From the NCBI GenBank assembly GCA_937923115.1, contig CAKZTE010000085.1:4923-68922 (forward strand): 64,000 nt of DNA, in the 5' to 3' direction. This DNA comes from an uncultured Caulobacterales bacterium (lineage in GTDB: Bacteria; Pseudomonadota; Alphaproteobacteria; Caulobacterales; Maricaulaceae). Under the pieces are notes generated by a model that ran no database searches, was not told the origin of the DNA, and saw only the letters and a program-made list of their open reading frames with translations. Shown here in pieces: positions 28,644 to 37,434 of this stretch (position 1 is its first letter; each line of letters opens with the position of its first letter). The translations under genes were made by a program, and so were the position numbers.

Positions 28644-29006
28644 TTAGAGATTTTTACCAACAGCCATGCGCATCATGTCGAGGCTTTTTTTGTAAACGGC
28701 GAGCGCCATATCGTGAGTAGCTTTGACTTCGGTGGAAAGCATCATTTGCTGCTCTAGCGACACTGAATTTCCATTGGGAGAAACGGCCAGTGCGTTTGGC
28801 GCGGAGAAAACTTTTACTGCCTCAGTCGGCATAGTGCTGCCGTCGCGAAGCGCCTTTTGATAAATATCTTGAAAGGGCGTAATGTCTTGCGCCGCATATC
28901 CAGGGGTATCTGCATTGGCTATATTTTCGGCAATCACAGCATGGCGCTGCGCGGCATGACGAGTCATGGCCGACATCGTATCAAGTATTTTTAGATCATT
29001 TAGCAT
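28644..29006 (-). CDS. flgB: Rod protein FlgB
   Basis: AENIANADTPGY; PNGNSVSLEQQM; start MLND behind GGAG RBS. Confidence 0.95.
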   Translation of the reverse strand: MLNDLKILDTMSAMTRHAAQRHAVIAENIANADTPGYAAQDITPFQDIYQKALRDGSTMPTEAVKVFSAPNALAVSPNGNSVSLEQQMMLSTEVKATHDMALAVYKKSLDMMRMAVGKNL

Positions 29007-29029
29007 GATGAAACTCCTTCCCATCATAA

Positions 29030-29087
29030 TTAACAAAGCGCTAAGATTAACACCATATAGTCGTGTAATAATTAAAAACCTACTAAC
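29030..29087. promoter_or_regulatory. Two CtrA-type boxes in the flgB/fliI divergent promoter
   Basis: TTAA-CAAAGCG-CTAA (29030-29044; same spacer as the box at 3249-3265) and TTAA-AAACCTA-CTAAC (29072-29087). Confidence 0.6.
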
Positions 29088-29101
29088 GCTCAGGCTTTAT
29101 C

Positions 29102-30556
29102 TTGCAGACAGAAACAGTATTCTCAGCTTTTGATCAGGGGCCGCTTGAGCATCAGCCGCCGCCTGTTCGGGTGTGGGGCCGCATCTCCCAAGTGCAAGGC
29201 CAAGCGATTTCTATAAAGGGACTCAATAGCTTCGCAGGGCTGAGCGCACTTATCCGTGTAGAGCCACATGAGAACGAAGGCGAGAATACAGCGGCCATGA
29301 GCGGCGAGGTTATTTCGCTGACAGACACTCAAGCGGTAGCGATTATGTATGATAATCCGGAGGGTCTACGCGTGGGGCAGCGCGTTTATTTGGATAAGGA
29401 CTCGCCGCCGCGCCCTTGCGAGGACTGGATTGGACACTGCCTAAATTATAAAGGCGCCGCAATTAATGCGCCGCAGCCCAAGACGGGCACAATCGACGCG
29501 CCGCTCCAAGCCGCGCCGCCGCCTGCTATTTTGCGCAAAGCGCTTGGTGAGCGGCTGCAAACAGGGGTCGCCGCAATCGACTGTTTCCTGCCGGTCTGCG
29601 AGGGGCAACGAATGGGATTATTTGCAGGATCGGGCGTGGGTAAATCGACATTGCTGGGCGCTATAGCGAAATCCAGTAACGCCGATGTTAGTATTATTGC
29701 GCTTATCGGAGAGCGTGGCCGCGAAGTGCGTCACTTTGTTGAGGACACGCTGGGGCCAGAGGGCATGAAAAACGCCATCGTTTTTGTCGCGACATCGGAT
29801 GAGCCTTCGGCCATTAAAATGCGAACAGCGCTTTTGGCGATGGCAACGGCGGAATATTTCAGGGACCAAGGCAAACAGGTAATGTTTTTATTCGACAGCC
29901 TGACCCGCTACGCCGAGGCGCATCGCGATATTGCTTTGTCAGCGGGGGAAGTGCCCTCGCTGCGGGCTTATCCGCCATCGACCTTTCGCGCCCTCGCCAG
30001 CTATTGCGAGCGAAGCGGGCCCGGCCTGTCGGGTAGTGGGGATATATCAGCGATTTTCTCGGTCCTCGTGGCGGGGTCCGATATGGAAGAACCCGTTGCC
30101 GATATGGTCAGAGGGATTTTGGACGGCCATATTATTCTGGACCGCGAGATTGCAGAGCGCGGGCGATATCCGGCGATCAATCTGCGCCGCAGCGTGTCGC
30201 GCTCCTTGCCCGATGCCGCAAGCCCCGAGGAGAATAAGCTTCTGATGAAGACGCGCAGGCTGGTCACAAAATATGAGGAGTCTCAAACCCTCATCCAAGC
30301 GGGGCTCTATGCGGCGGGCTCAGACCCTGTTTTGGATGAAGCGATTTTTTACTATCCGGCCATTGAAGATTTCATGGCCTCGATTGAGCCATTAGAGACG
30401 CTAAGCTGGTTTACGCGACTTGCCGAAATATACGCGCCTACCCCTGCCGTAGAGGACGAGGTTTCACGCAAGGAGACAGCAAGCAAAGAGGCGCTAAGCG
30501 AAGAGATCGTCTCAAGCGATAACACTGCCGCCCGTCATAAGCTGCCAACCGTATAA
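29102..30556 (+). CDS. fliI: Flagellar export ATPase FliI
   Basis: Walker A FAGSGVGKS; LIGERGREV; DSLTRYA; LDGHI; TTG start. Confidence 0.97.
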   Translation: MQTETVFSAFDQGPLEHQPPPVRVWGRISQVQGQAISIKGLNSFAGLSALIRVEPHENEGENTAAMSGEVISLTDTQAVAIMYDNPEGLRVGQRVYLDKDSPPRPCEDWIGHCLNYKGAAINAPQPKTGTIDAPLQAAPPPAILRKALGERLQTGVAAIDCFLPVCEGQRMGLFAGSGVGKSTLLGAIAKSSNADVSIIALIGERGREVRHFVEDTLGPEGMKNAIVFVATSDEPSAIKMRTALLAMATAEYFRDQGKQVMFLFDSLTRYAEAHRDIALSAGEVPSLRAYPPSTFRALASYCERSGPGLSGSGDISAIFSVLVAGSDMEEPVADMVRGILDGHIILDREIAERGRYPAINLRRSVSRSLPDAASPEENKLLMKTRRLVTKYEESQTLIQAGLYAAGSDPVLDEAIFYYPAIEDFMASIEPLETLSWFTRLAEIYAPTPAVEDEVSRKETASKEALSEEIVSSDNTAARHKLPTV

Positions 30557-30711
30557 GCCTTGGCAGCACACGGCTGAAAACTTGGCCCGGAAATAGCTTG
30601 GACTTGGTTCGGTAAGGAGGCGGCAACTCGTCGTAATTTAGCGCTCAGACCGACATAAACCTGACCATAATAACAATCGCAAATATTCCGAAGTAACTTT
30701 AATACAAGCGC

Positions 30712-31545
30712 CTAACCCGCATTTGACGTAAGGAGGTTAAGGATCGAGGCCCCTGGATTTGCGCCCGACAATATCGACAAGGCTGCGAAGCCCGGCGTAT
30801 TCGCCGTTGGGCCACTCGCGATTTGTTCTTGTAGCAAGAAGCGCCGAACAGTAGCTTCCACCACTTCTGGGTCGCTAAACACGTCAACGGATTTACCGCC
30901 AAAAAGCTGATTTGCCTTATCAGATAACATGTCTTTTTGCTTGTCAATATCGAGCTGAGCAAAGCCAGTTGGCATATTAAAAGCACTTTCAAGGACCGTC
31001 CTAAGAGGCGTGGAGCCCATGGCTTTAAACCAGCCGCCAGCCTCGCTAAGACCAGCGCTCGCAAGTTCGGATATTTCGCGCTTAAAATTTAGGGCAAGAC
31101 GCATCGTGTTATCAACGTCCCCCAGAGAGATTTCAAACGTCTCCTGTTGATAATTTGTGACAAGGGAGTCGACCTGAGATTCTGATAAAGATAACTCGCC
31201 GTCAGAAAAATCAAAGGTTCTAGCCATGTCGAGATAGTCGGAATTATTTAGGCGCACAGCAAAGGCGCTTCTATCCGCCGTACCCTCTTCGAGCACTTTC
31301 CTAACAAAAGCCCCTTTGTTAATTTCATCGCCCAGCCCGAAAGCGCCTAAAGCGACTTTTTGCAAGCGGCGATCACCCATTAAATCATCAAGGGTTTTGA
31401 CGTTTCCTATATTTTCTTTGAAATACTCCACATCCCTTGAAATATCGGCGGAGCTGTTAAACAGCTTTTCCTGCGCCGGAAGCGTGGCTTTCAGGAAATT
31501 CCATCCCGTGAGACCAGAACTGGGTAATACCGGTGCAATAGGCAT
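30712..31545 (-). CDS. DUF1217-family flagellar protein
   Basis: GLTGWNFL; YFKENIG; D.RL..VALGAFGL; MRLALNF; LRTVLE.A; downstream of flbT. Confidence 0.85.
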   Translation of the reverse strand: MPIAPVLPSSGLTGWNFLKATLPAQEKLFNSSADISRDVEYFKENIGNVKTLDDLMGDRRLQKVALGAFGLGDEINKGAFVRKVLEEGTADRSAFAVRLNNSDYLDMARTFDFSDGELSLSESQVDSLVTNYQQETFEISLGDVDNTMRLALNFKREISELASAGLSEAGGWFKAMGSTPLRTVLESAFNMPTGFAQLDIDKQKDMLSDKANQLFGGKSVDVFSDPEVVEATVRRFLLQEQIASGPTANTPGFAALSILSGANPGASILNLLTSNAG

Positions 31546-31547
31546 CG

Positions 31548-32138
31548 TTAAGCCGTGTTTTCAATCAGCGTAAGCGTTTCTCTGGGGTGACCCTGCGGCG
31601 CCGTTTCTACGCGGTCAAACGGCCTGGAATTGCGTGGCGGCACTACGTGATTTTTTGGACGGGCTTGCGTTACATGCAGCGCAGCAGGTGCATTGGGTAC
31701 AATTAGTCTGGGCGCTGTGTCGTCCGCGCAAATTGAAGGCGGGGCGATTTGCAGTAATTCAGCTTCCAATGCCATTAAGGGCTTTAGCGCGCAAAGAAGC
31801 GTATAAAACCGCCCCGCCGCCGCGGCTTTTTCTGCCTTACGAATTTGCGGCATGAGCGGCGTCTGTTCAAAGACATGCGCGAGAGACGTTAGTCCTGTTT
31901 GAACTTCAGATTTTATATCACTTTCAGGGGCGTCACCTGAAAGGTAAATTTGCGCAGCGTAATAGACGCGGCGAACGGGGGTTTTGACCTCATCAGGATG
32001 CAGGGCATCCGAAAGGCGTAGAACATTTACATCGTCACTTCCAACACGGATTTGGCTGCGCTTGGATCCATTGATCAAGAGCGCGCCGTTAACTAGAAAT
32101 TTTTCATCGGCTTTGAGGCTAATTACGAGACCTGACAT
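31548..32138 (-). CDS. flbT: Flagellin translational regulator FlbT (with C-terminal extension)
   Basis: MSGLVISLKADEKFLVNGA; LRLSDALHPDEVKTPVRRVYYAAQ. Confidence 0.92.
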   Translation of the reverse strand: MSGLVISLKADEKFLVNGALLINGSKRSQIRVGSDDVNVLRLSDALHPDEVKTPVRRVYYAAQIYLSGDAPESDIKSEVQTGLTSLAHVFEQTPLMPQIRKAEKAAAAGRFYTLLCALKPLMALEAELLQIAPPSICADDTAPRLIVPNAPAALHVTQARPKNHVVPPRNSRPFDRVETAPQGHPRETLTLIENTA

Positions 32139-32575
32139 TAGGCAACCTCCGCCGCGAGATGTGAACCCTCCTCAAAAGATGGCGTGGGAACCACTTTTGA
32201 GGAGGCTGTCATAGATTGGCGCAGGCCAGCAATGACGGAACTGTTGATATCGACAAGCACGTCCGGAGTGGCTTCGCCTAGAAGCACTCTACGGCTATGA
32301 CTTTCGGTAAAATCTGAGAGTTGGATAAGGGATGTTTTAAGATCAAGCGGGAGCGTGTTTTTCGGATTGACCAAATCAATGAAGAGTATTTTCCAAAGTT
32401 TGAGATTTTCCAATATGGCGACTGTGAGCGCGGGGAATTCTGATTTATCGGTGGCATCTACAGCGCGGAGCTGGGCTGTGACGGACATGAAAACACGGAG
32501 TTCAACCGCTTTGTCTGACGTCATTTCTTTTTGGACAGCTTTATAGCCCTGCCTTGCTAAATTCAAATTACTCAT
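32138..32575 (-). CDS. flaF: Flagellar regulator FlaF
   Basis: ENLKLW....DLVNPKNTLPLDLK..LI.L; LVDINSSVIAGL. Confidence 0.92.
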   Translation of the reverse strand: MSNLNLARQGYKAVQKEMTSDKAVELRVFMSVTAQLRAVDATDKSEFPALTVAILENLKLWKILFIDLVNPKNTLPLDLKTSLIQLSDFTESHSRRVLLGEATPDVLVDINSSVIAGLRQSMTASSKVVPTPSFEEGSHLAAEVA

Positions 32576-32601
32576 CGCAACAATCCTGGTTTACGTTAAT
32601 T

Positions 32602-32633
32602 AAAAAGTCCGGAGCGGGCGACCCGCTCCGGAC
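32602..32633 (-). terminator. Intrinsic terminator of the flagellin gene
   Basis: 12-bp stem GTCCGGAGCGGG/CCCGCTCCGGAC followed by U5 on the minus strand. Confidence 0.88.
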
Positions 32634-32650
32634 GAATTATTATGCCTCGA

Positions 32651-33877
32651 CTATCGGAAGAGCGAGAGGAGCTGTTGCGGCCCCTGGTTGGCGATTGAAA
32701 GCGCCTGAACACCAAGCTGCTGCTGGACTTGCAAAGACTGCAAACGCGCAGACGTTTCTTCGAGGTTAGCATCTGTCATCGCGCCGATACCTGTTTTCAA
32801 GCTGTCCTTAAGCGTTGTGACAAACTCATTTTGGTTATCAATACGCTTTTGCTTTGAACCAAATTCAGCTGTGGCATCAATCGCGCTCTGAAGAAGCGCA
32901 TCAATTTGCGTCAACGCATCTGCCGCACCAGCAGAAGTACCAACGTCGATGTTAGCCAAAGCGTTTAGGCCTCCAGCCGCTTCGCCTGTCTGTGACGTGG
33001 CGGCGCCAACTGCGACGTCATTATCGCCAGCCGATGCGCCAACAGGGGCTGTATTTGTCATTGTGATGGTATTCGCTGCTGCGCCAGTTCCGACGGCTGC
33101 TGTGAAGGTATCAGCAATAGCTGTCCCGTCTAGAGCCGTGTTAATGGCATCAGCAAAGCCAGCCGCGATTGCGTCTTGGTCAAGACCAGCTTCTGCAACA
33201 TAGCTCACTGCGGTATCACCAATTTGAACACTATAAGTTTGCTGTTCAGTTATTGTACCCGCTGCGATAGCGATTGTTGGCGCTGTACCGCCGCTGTTTT
33301 CAGTCGCTGAGGTACCCGTTGATGATGCAACACCCACTGTAGCTGTTTCGAATGTGCTTTCAGCTGTCGACAGGTTGTTACGGCCAACACTAATACGTCC
33401 AGCAGACACCGTACCGTCATCTTGACGGTTCAATGAAGAGAGGACTTCAATATCGCCAGAGCCTTTTAGAAGGTTTTGACCATTTAATGACGCCGCATCA
33501 ACAATAGAACCCACTGTGCCTGTTAGCTCAGTGATGTCCGTTTGATACTTTTCGCGATCTGAATCAGACACTGATGGGTCATTCGCAGCGACAATAAGCG
33601 CTTTTGCTTCTTGTAAAAGATCAGTGACTTGCTCTGCACCCGCGCGGGCAACGCCCACAGTCGCTGAACCAAGGTTCAAGCTATCAGACACTTGATCAAA
33701 GCTTTTAACGTCAGATTCCATCACAGTCGCGATTGACCAGATAGCCGCATTGTCAGTTGAATTGGCAATTTTCTTGCCCGTAGAAATTTCGCTTTGAACA
33801 TTAGCCATGTTTTTATTAATGCCGCGAAGTGTGTCGAGCGCGACCATGGCGCTGTTGTTTGTAAGAATACTAGACAT
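32651..33877 (-). CDS. fliC: Flagellin
   Basis: MSSILTNNSAMVAL..LR; ISTGKK; DNAAIWSIA; DANLEETSARLQSLQVQQQLG..ALSIAN..LLSLFR. Confidence 0.98.
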   Translation of the reverse strand: MSSILTNNSAMVALDTLRGINKNMANVQSEISTGKKIANSTDNAAIWSIATVMESDVKSFDQVSDSLNLGSATVGVARAGAEQVTDLLQEAKALIVAANDPSVSDSDREKYQTDITELTGTVGSIVDAASLNGQNLLKGSGDIEVLSSLNRQDDGTVSAGRISVGRNNLSTAESTFETATVGVASSTGTSATENSGGTAPTIAIAAGTITEQQTYSVQIGDTAVSYVAEAGLDQDAIAAGFADAINTALDGTAIADTFTAAVGTGAAANTITMTNTAPVGASAGDNDVAVGAATSQTGEAAGGLNALANIDVGTSAGAADALTQIDALLQSAIDATAEFGSKQKRIDNQNEFVTTLKDSLKTGIGAMTDANLEETSARLQSLQVQQQLGVQALSIANQGPQQLLSLFR

Positions 33878-33945
33878 AGGTTTTTCCTTTGCGTTTTACG
33901 CTTGAGTTGGCGGGTTGACCCCCGCTTGGCTAATCATCAGCCACC
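33878..33945 (-). promoter_or_regulatory. Structured flagellin 5' leader (three short hairpins before the RBS)
   Basis: mRNA UGGCUGA-UGA-UUAGCCA, GCGGG-GGUCAA-CCCGC, GCGU-AAA-ACGC, then AAGGA RBS. Confidence 0.45.
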
Positions 33946-34026
33946 TAAATCATCCTGAAAACTGGCTTCACATAATTGCTATCCAGTGAACTCTCCTGAG
34001 TTGTACCTTTACGTATACATCAAATA

Positions 34027-34041
34027 ATAACATAAAATTAA
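34027..34041. promoter_or_regulatory. CtrA-like box upstream of flagellin
   Basis: ATAA-CATAAAA-TTAA in an AT-rich region. Confidence 0.4.
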
Positions 34042-34061
34042 ATCACACCATTAAAATTAAA

Positions 34062-34448
34062 TTACACCAATTTATTTGCACGGCTCGCCAGATTGGAGAG
34101 ACTGTGTTTCTCGCCTTTAAGATTATACGTGCCGACTTGCGCCTCTTGGCCTTGCAGGTTCGCCAGGCGCGCACGGGCAGCGCGGGCCCCCGCCAGAACA
34201 CTTTGCAAAAGACGTCCGTTTTCTTTGCCCATTTTATCAAGCGCCAGAATATAAGACCGCAGCTGATCTAGCGTCTCTTGCGAGCCAATGCTCGACAATG
34301 CGAGCTCAACATCCCGCATAGCGCTGGCTTTGGACTCTATAATAGGCGCGATTTCGCCAAGCTTTCCATCGCGCAGAAGCTTTCCCTCTTTTTTTAGAAT
34401 TTGTAAAAGCGTTATCATTTTCGCGCTACAATTTGCCAAGGTCGTCAT
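34062..34448 (-). CDS. flgN: FlgN-like chaperone
   Basis: L..E..LL..G....I...K; EN.RLL; C-terminal TYN.KG motif; between flgJ and fliC. Confidence 0.65.
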   Translation of the reverse strand: MTTLANCSAKMITLLQILKKEGKLLRDGKLGEIAPIIESKASAMRDVELALSSIGSQETLDQLRSYILALDKMGKENGRLLQSVLAGARAARARLANLQGQEAQVGTYNLKGEKHSLSNLASRANKLV

Positions 34449-34794
34449 ATCCGCCCTCCTTATTTTTCAAGCTATTAAGTTGTTGTAATTCGACATAGAA
34501 ACGATCTGCGAGGCCAAGCCCCCCAGCCTCGGTCATTTTCTCGGCTAGGCTTTCAATATAAAAACCGGCAAAAGCAGCAGAGGCTTCACCCCCGCCCAAA
34601 GTGAGCGCGTCGCCCAATCCGCTAAAGGTAAGCATTTGCGTCAGAAAGGCCGCCTCGAAATCTTGCGCAGCGGCGCGCATCGCCTCCTCGCCAGCAGCGG
34701 CTTCTCCCATAATATCACCGGTCAAGCCCGATAAATCCACCTCCTTAGACAGAGACCGGTTTACGCTGGAAGAAATAGGAGAAATACCGTTCAT
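34426..34794 (-). CDS. flgJ: FlgJ, rod-binding domain only
   Basis: AAQDFEAAFLTQML...F...LAEKM..AGGLGLAD; no muramidase domain. Confidence 0.85.
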   Translation of the reverse strand: MNGISPISSSVNRSLSKEVDLSGLTGDIMGEAAAGEEAMRAAAQDFEAAFLTQMLTFSGLGDALTLGGGEASAAFAGFYIESLAEKMTEAGGLGLADRFYVELQQLNSLKNKEGGYDDLGKL

Positions 34795-34814
34795 AGAGTC
34801 TACCTTAAGAGGTG

Positions 34815-34848
34815 GGGTGAACCAATGGGTGAGCCAATGGGTGAGCCA
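34815..34848. repeat. 12-bp tandem repeat, about 2.8 copies
   Basis: GGGTGAACCAAT GGGTGAGCCAAT GGGTGAGCCA. Confidence 0.85.
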
Positions 34849-34941
34849 TGTCTTTAAATCTATGGCTAATAAAATGTTGAAATTACAGTTTTAGCTATAG
34901 CTATAAATAATTGGTAAACTTTATTATGACTATTATTTGGT

Positions 34942-36948
34942 GTGTTAAACTTTCAAGACCCACTCACCGCTGAATCAAATCCCGCGACGGCAAAGCCTGC
35001 TTTGAGCGCCGCCAAAGAGGCAGGGCAATATAATGACGCGCCTGTTACCTTAACATCAGGCTATGGCGCCAGCGCGAAAACGCCTTCTGCCAAGGCGGCA
35101 ATAGATTTTGAATCGGTCTTGTCGGCGACGAGCGAAACGTCTCGGACCTCTGATACAGTCATCAACGTAAACACAGATCATAATGCGGGGAAAACCTCAG
35201 CAGCCTCAAATATCCCAGCGAACAGTGAGCGTGCAGCAAACACCATTATAGAGCAAGACAGCATAAAGAACGCAAACATACAGAATGCCAAGACTGTCTT
35301 AAACTTTGTTAATTTTGAGTCGCCTCACTCTGGCCCAAGGCAAATAAAACCAGACGACGTTTTACGCGGCACGGAAGGACAAGAGACCGCACGCGTTAAA
35401 ATCGCGCCCACGGAATTAGCGCCCGCCTCTGCGCAACAGTCGGTAAAGGTAACGCCTGTTACAAGCACAGCGCTAAAGACCGAAACTGTAGGCGCTCTAG
35501 ATTTAATGCCGCAAGACAGCACGCCCACACTCTTACCGGCTGGCCGCGGGGACGCACCGCCCATACAAATGACGCTGGGCAACACTCAAACAACTACAGA
35601 CAGGCGTCTGAATAACCAAAATACGGCCGAGACAAAACCGGTAGAGGCCAGCACGTTAAAAACAACCACGCCTGTGAATAGTGAAGGCGCGGCGAGCAGG
35701 CATCAGGCGCACCTCTTGAAGATGACCGATCCCGCTATACCCACTCAGGCAGCGAGTGACGCGCCATCGCCAGTCATAAGTTCGCCTGTGAACAATTTGC
35801 CTCAATTTGATGCACTTGCAAACAATGTCTTTGAAGACAATTCGCTTGAAATCAACACACATGAGATACAGACTTTAGTGGTGCAAAAATCTCAGATTGA
35901 ACCATCTGAGACAGACACTCATGAAAACAACCTAGCGCTTTTCAACAAGGACCAACAGACAGGCGTGCATAGCAGTCCTAAAACCCTGGCTATGCACCGC
36001 CTTGAGATTAAAACGCCTTTGGGAATTGATGCGCCAGAATTTGATGCACCAGAGATTGATGCACCAGAGATTGAGGCGCAAGACATTGAGCGAACAGCCG
36101 AGCAAACCGCGCATGCTGAAATCAGCATGGATATAAATAATATTGATTCGCCGTCTCAAGCAATTTTGCCTCTGGCTGCGCCGCCTCAAACGACGATGCC
36201 GTTAGCCGCGCGGCCCGCAGTCAATAGCGATTCAGCCATTGAGAGAGCCGACGCGGACCACACTATAAAAACAAAAGACCAGCTTGACGCCCAGTTACAG
36301 TCCCAACAGGCTGAACGGAAAAATCTGAATACTTCTGATTTGGACGCGCTTGACGTTAAAGCGCGAGAGGTCGCTGCGCCGCTGGACGCCGCCGCGCGCC
36401 TTGAATCCGCGCAGAGTTTTGCCCTCACGCCGCTGGCCCCGACGGCGGCTCCAGCAGCTCCCGCCGCCATATCCATCGCCGCGCCGCTGCAAACGCCGCT
36501 GGACAAGCCCGCTGTGACCGCTCTTGCGCAAACCTTAGTAAAAACGCTGGAAACGCAAAAGGGCGTCTCGGTACGCCTTGACCCGCCGGAAATGGGCCGT
36601 GTCTATATTGATTACCAATTTGATCGCGACAATACCGTCACGGCACTTTTGCGCGCAGACACCCCTGAAATTTTGGCTCAATTGCGTGATAATTCAGCCG
36701 CCCTGCAAGACTTCCTCAAGCAAAGCGGATTTGACTCCATTACGCTAAATTTTGAGCAAAGCGGCCTAGATTCGGGCGCGTATCAAGAGGGCGCGCATCA
36801 AGAGGACCACCAGAGCGACAAGGGCTATAAAGACAGCGCCATAACTATAGGCGGAAAGCAAGAGACACTGACGGCGGCTCAGGCCGCTCAAACTATTTTA
36901 GGGCGGTCCCAAGGACTGGCGGCCGCTTCAATCGATATCAAACTGTAG
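34942..36948 (+). CDS. fliK: Hook-length control protein FliK
   Basis: Long low-complexity N-terminus; C-terminal VRLDPPEMGRV; LRADTPE..L..L...L..SG; before flgD; GTG start uncertain. Confidence 0.88.
   Translation: MLNFQDPLTAESNPATAKPALSAAKEAGQYNDAPVTLTSGYGASAKTPSAKAAIDFESVLSATSETSRTSDTVINVNTDHNAGKTSAASNIPANSERAANTIIEQDSIKNANIQNAKTVLNFVNFESPHSGPRQIKPDDVLRGTEGQETARVKIAPTELAPASAQQSVKVTPVTSTALKTETVGALDLMPQDSTPTLLPAGRGDAPPIQMTLGNTQTTTDRRLNNQNTAETKPVEASTLKTTTPVNSEGAASRHQAHLLKMTDPAIPTQAASDAPSPVISSPVNNLPQFDALANNVFEDNSLEINTHEIQTLVVQKSQIEPSETDTHENNLALFNKDQQTGVHSSPKTLAMHRLEIKTPLGIDAPEFDAPEIDAPEIEAQDIERTAEQTAHAEISMDINNIDSPSQAILPLAAPPQTTMPLAARPAVNSDSAIERADADHTIKTKDQLDAQLQSQQAERKNLNTSDLDALDVKAREVAAPLDAAARLESAQSFALTPLAPTAAPAAPAAISIAAPLQTPLDKPAVTALAQTLVKTLETQKGVSVRLDPPEMGRVYIDYQFDRDNTVTALLRADTPEILAQLRDNSAALQDFLKQSGFDSITLNFEQSGLDSGAYQEGAHQEDHQSDKGYKDSAITIGGKQETLTAAQAAQTILGRSQGLAAASIDIKL
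36025..36090 (+). repeat. 15-bp in-frame tandem repeat in fliK (IDAPE)
   Basis: ATTGATGCGCCAGAA TTTGATGCACCAGAG ATTGATGCACCAGAG ATTGAGGCGCAAGAC ATTGAG. Confidence 0.85.
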
Positions 36949-36956
36949 GACACATT

Positions 36957-37310
36957 ATGAATATTCAAAACCTTATAGGCCTTGCCAATGGCACGTCTAA
37001 TTCCGCTCTTTTACAAACACGCGCCCGCGCAGAAGGCTCGGAAACATCCCCAGCCATTGATACTGCCACTGATACGGCTACTACCCCATCAACGGCCCCG
37101 ACCCCACCAAGCGAAACGGCCGAAGAGTTCGAGACGTTTTTAACCCTCCTCACGGCACAGATTAAAAATCAAGACCCGCTCGCGCCGCTCGATTCGACAC
37201 AATTCGTCGAGCAGCTCGCAACTTTCTCGGCGCTTGAGCTTCAGGTTGAAACAAATCAAAAGCTTGACCAAATTACCTTTCTTTTGAACCAAGAGCGCGG
37301 CGAAGAATAG
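36957..37310 (+). CDS. flgD: Hook-capping protein FlgD (N-terminal domain only)
   Basis: FETFLTLLTAQIKNQDPLAPLDSTQFVEQLATFS.LE. Confidence 0.92.
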   Translation: MNIQNLIGLANGTSNSALLQTRARAEGSETSPAIDTATDTATTPSTAPTPPSETAEEFETFLTLLTAQIKNQDPLAPLDSTQFVEQLATFSALELQVETNQKLDQITFLLNQERGEE

Positions 37311-37434
37311 CGGCCCGCGCCGTACGCGCCTAACAGAGCCCGCCTCACTTATAACCGTCATGCCTAAGGCTTGCCCATTGGCAAGCGAAGGCCTACATTG
37401 CCTCCAATTGCCCTTTAGAGCTTATGGAGACAGT

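Noticed and set aside
33880-33960. c-di-GMP-I riboswitch in the flagellin leader (ACGCAAAG substring)
   Set aside because: The GGCAAA and GNRA tetraloop/receptor architecture is not present; only a short substring matches
34815-34848. CRISPR-like repeats
   Set aside because: 12-bp head-to-tail units with no spacers and no cas genes
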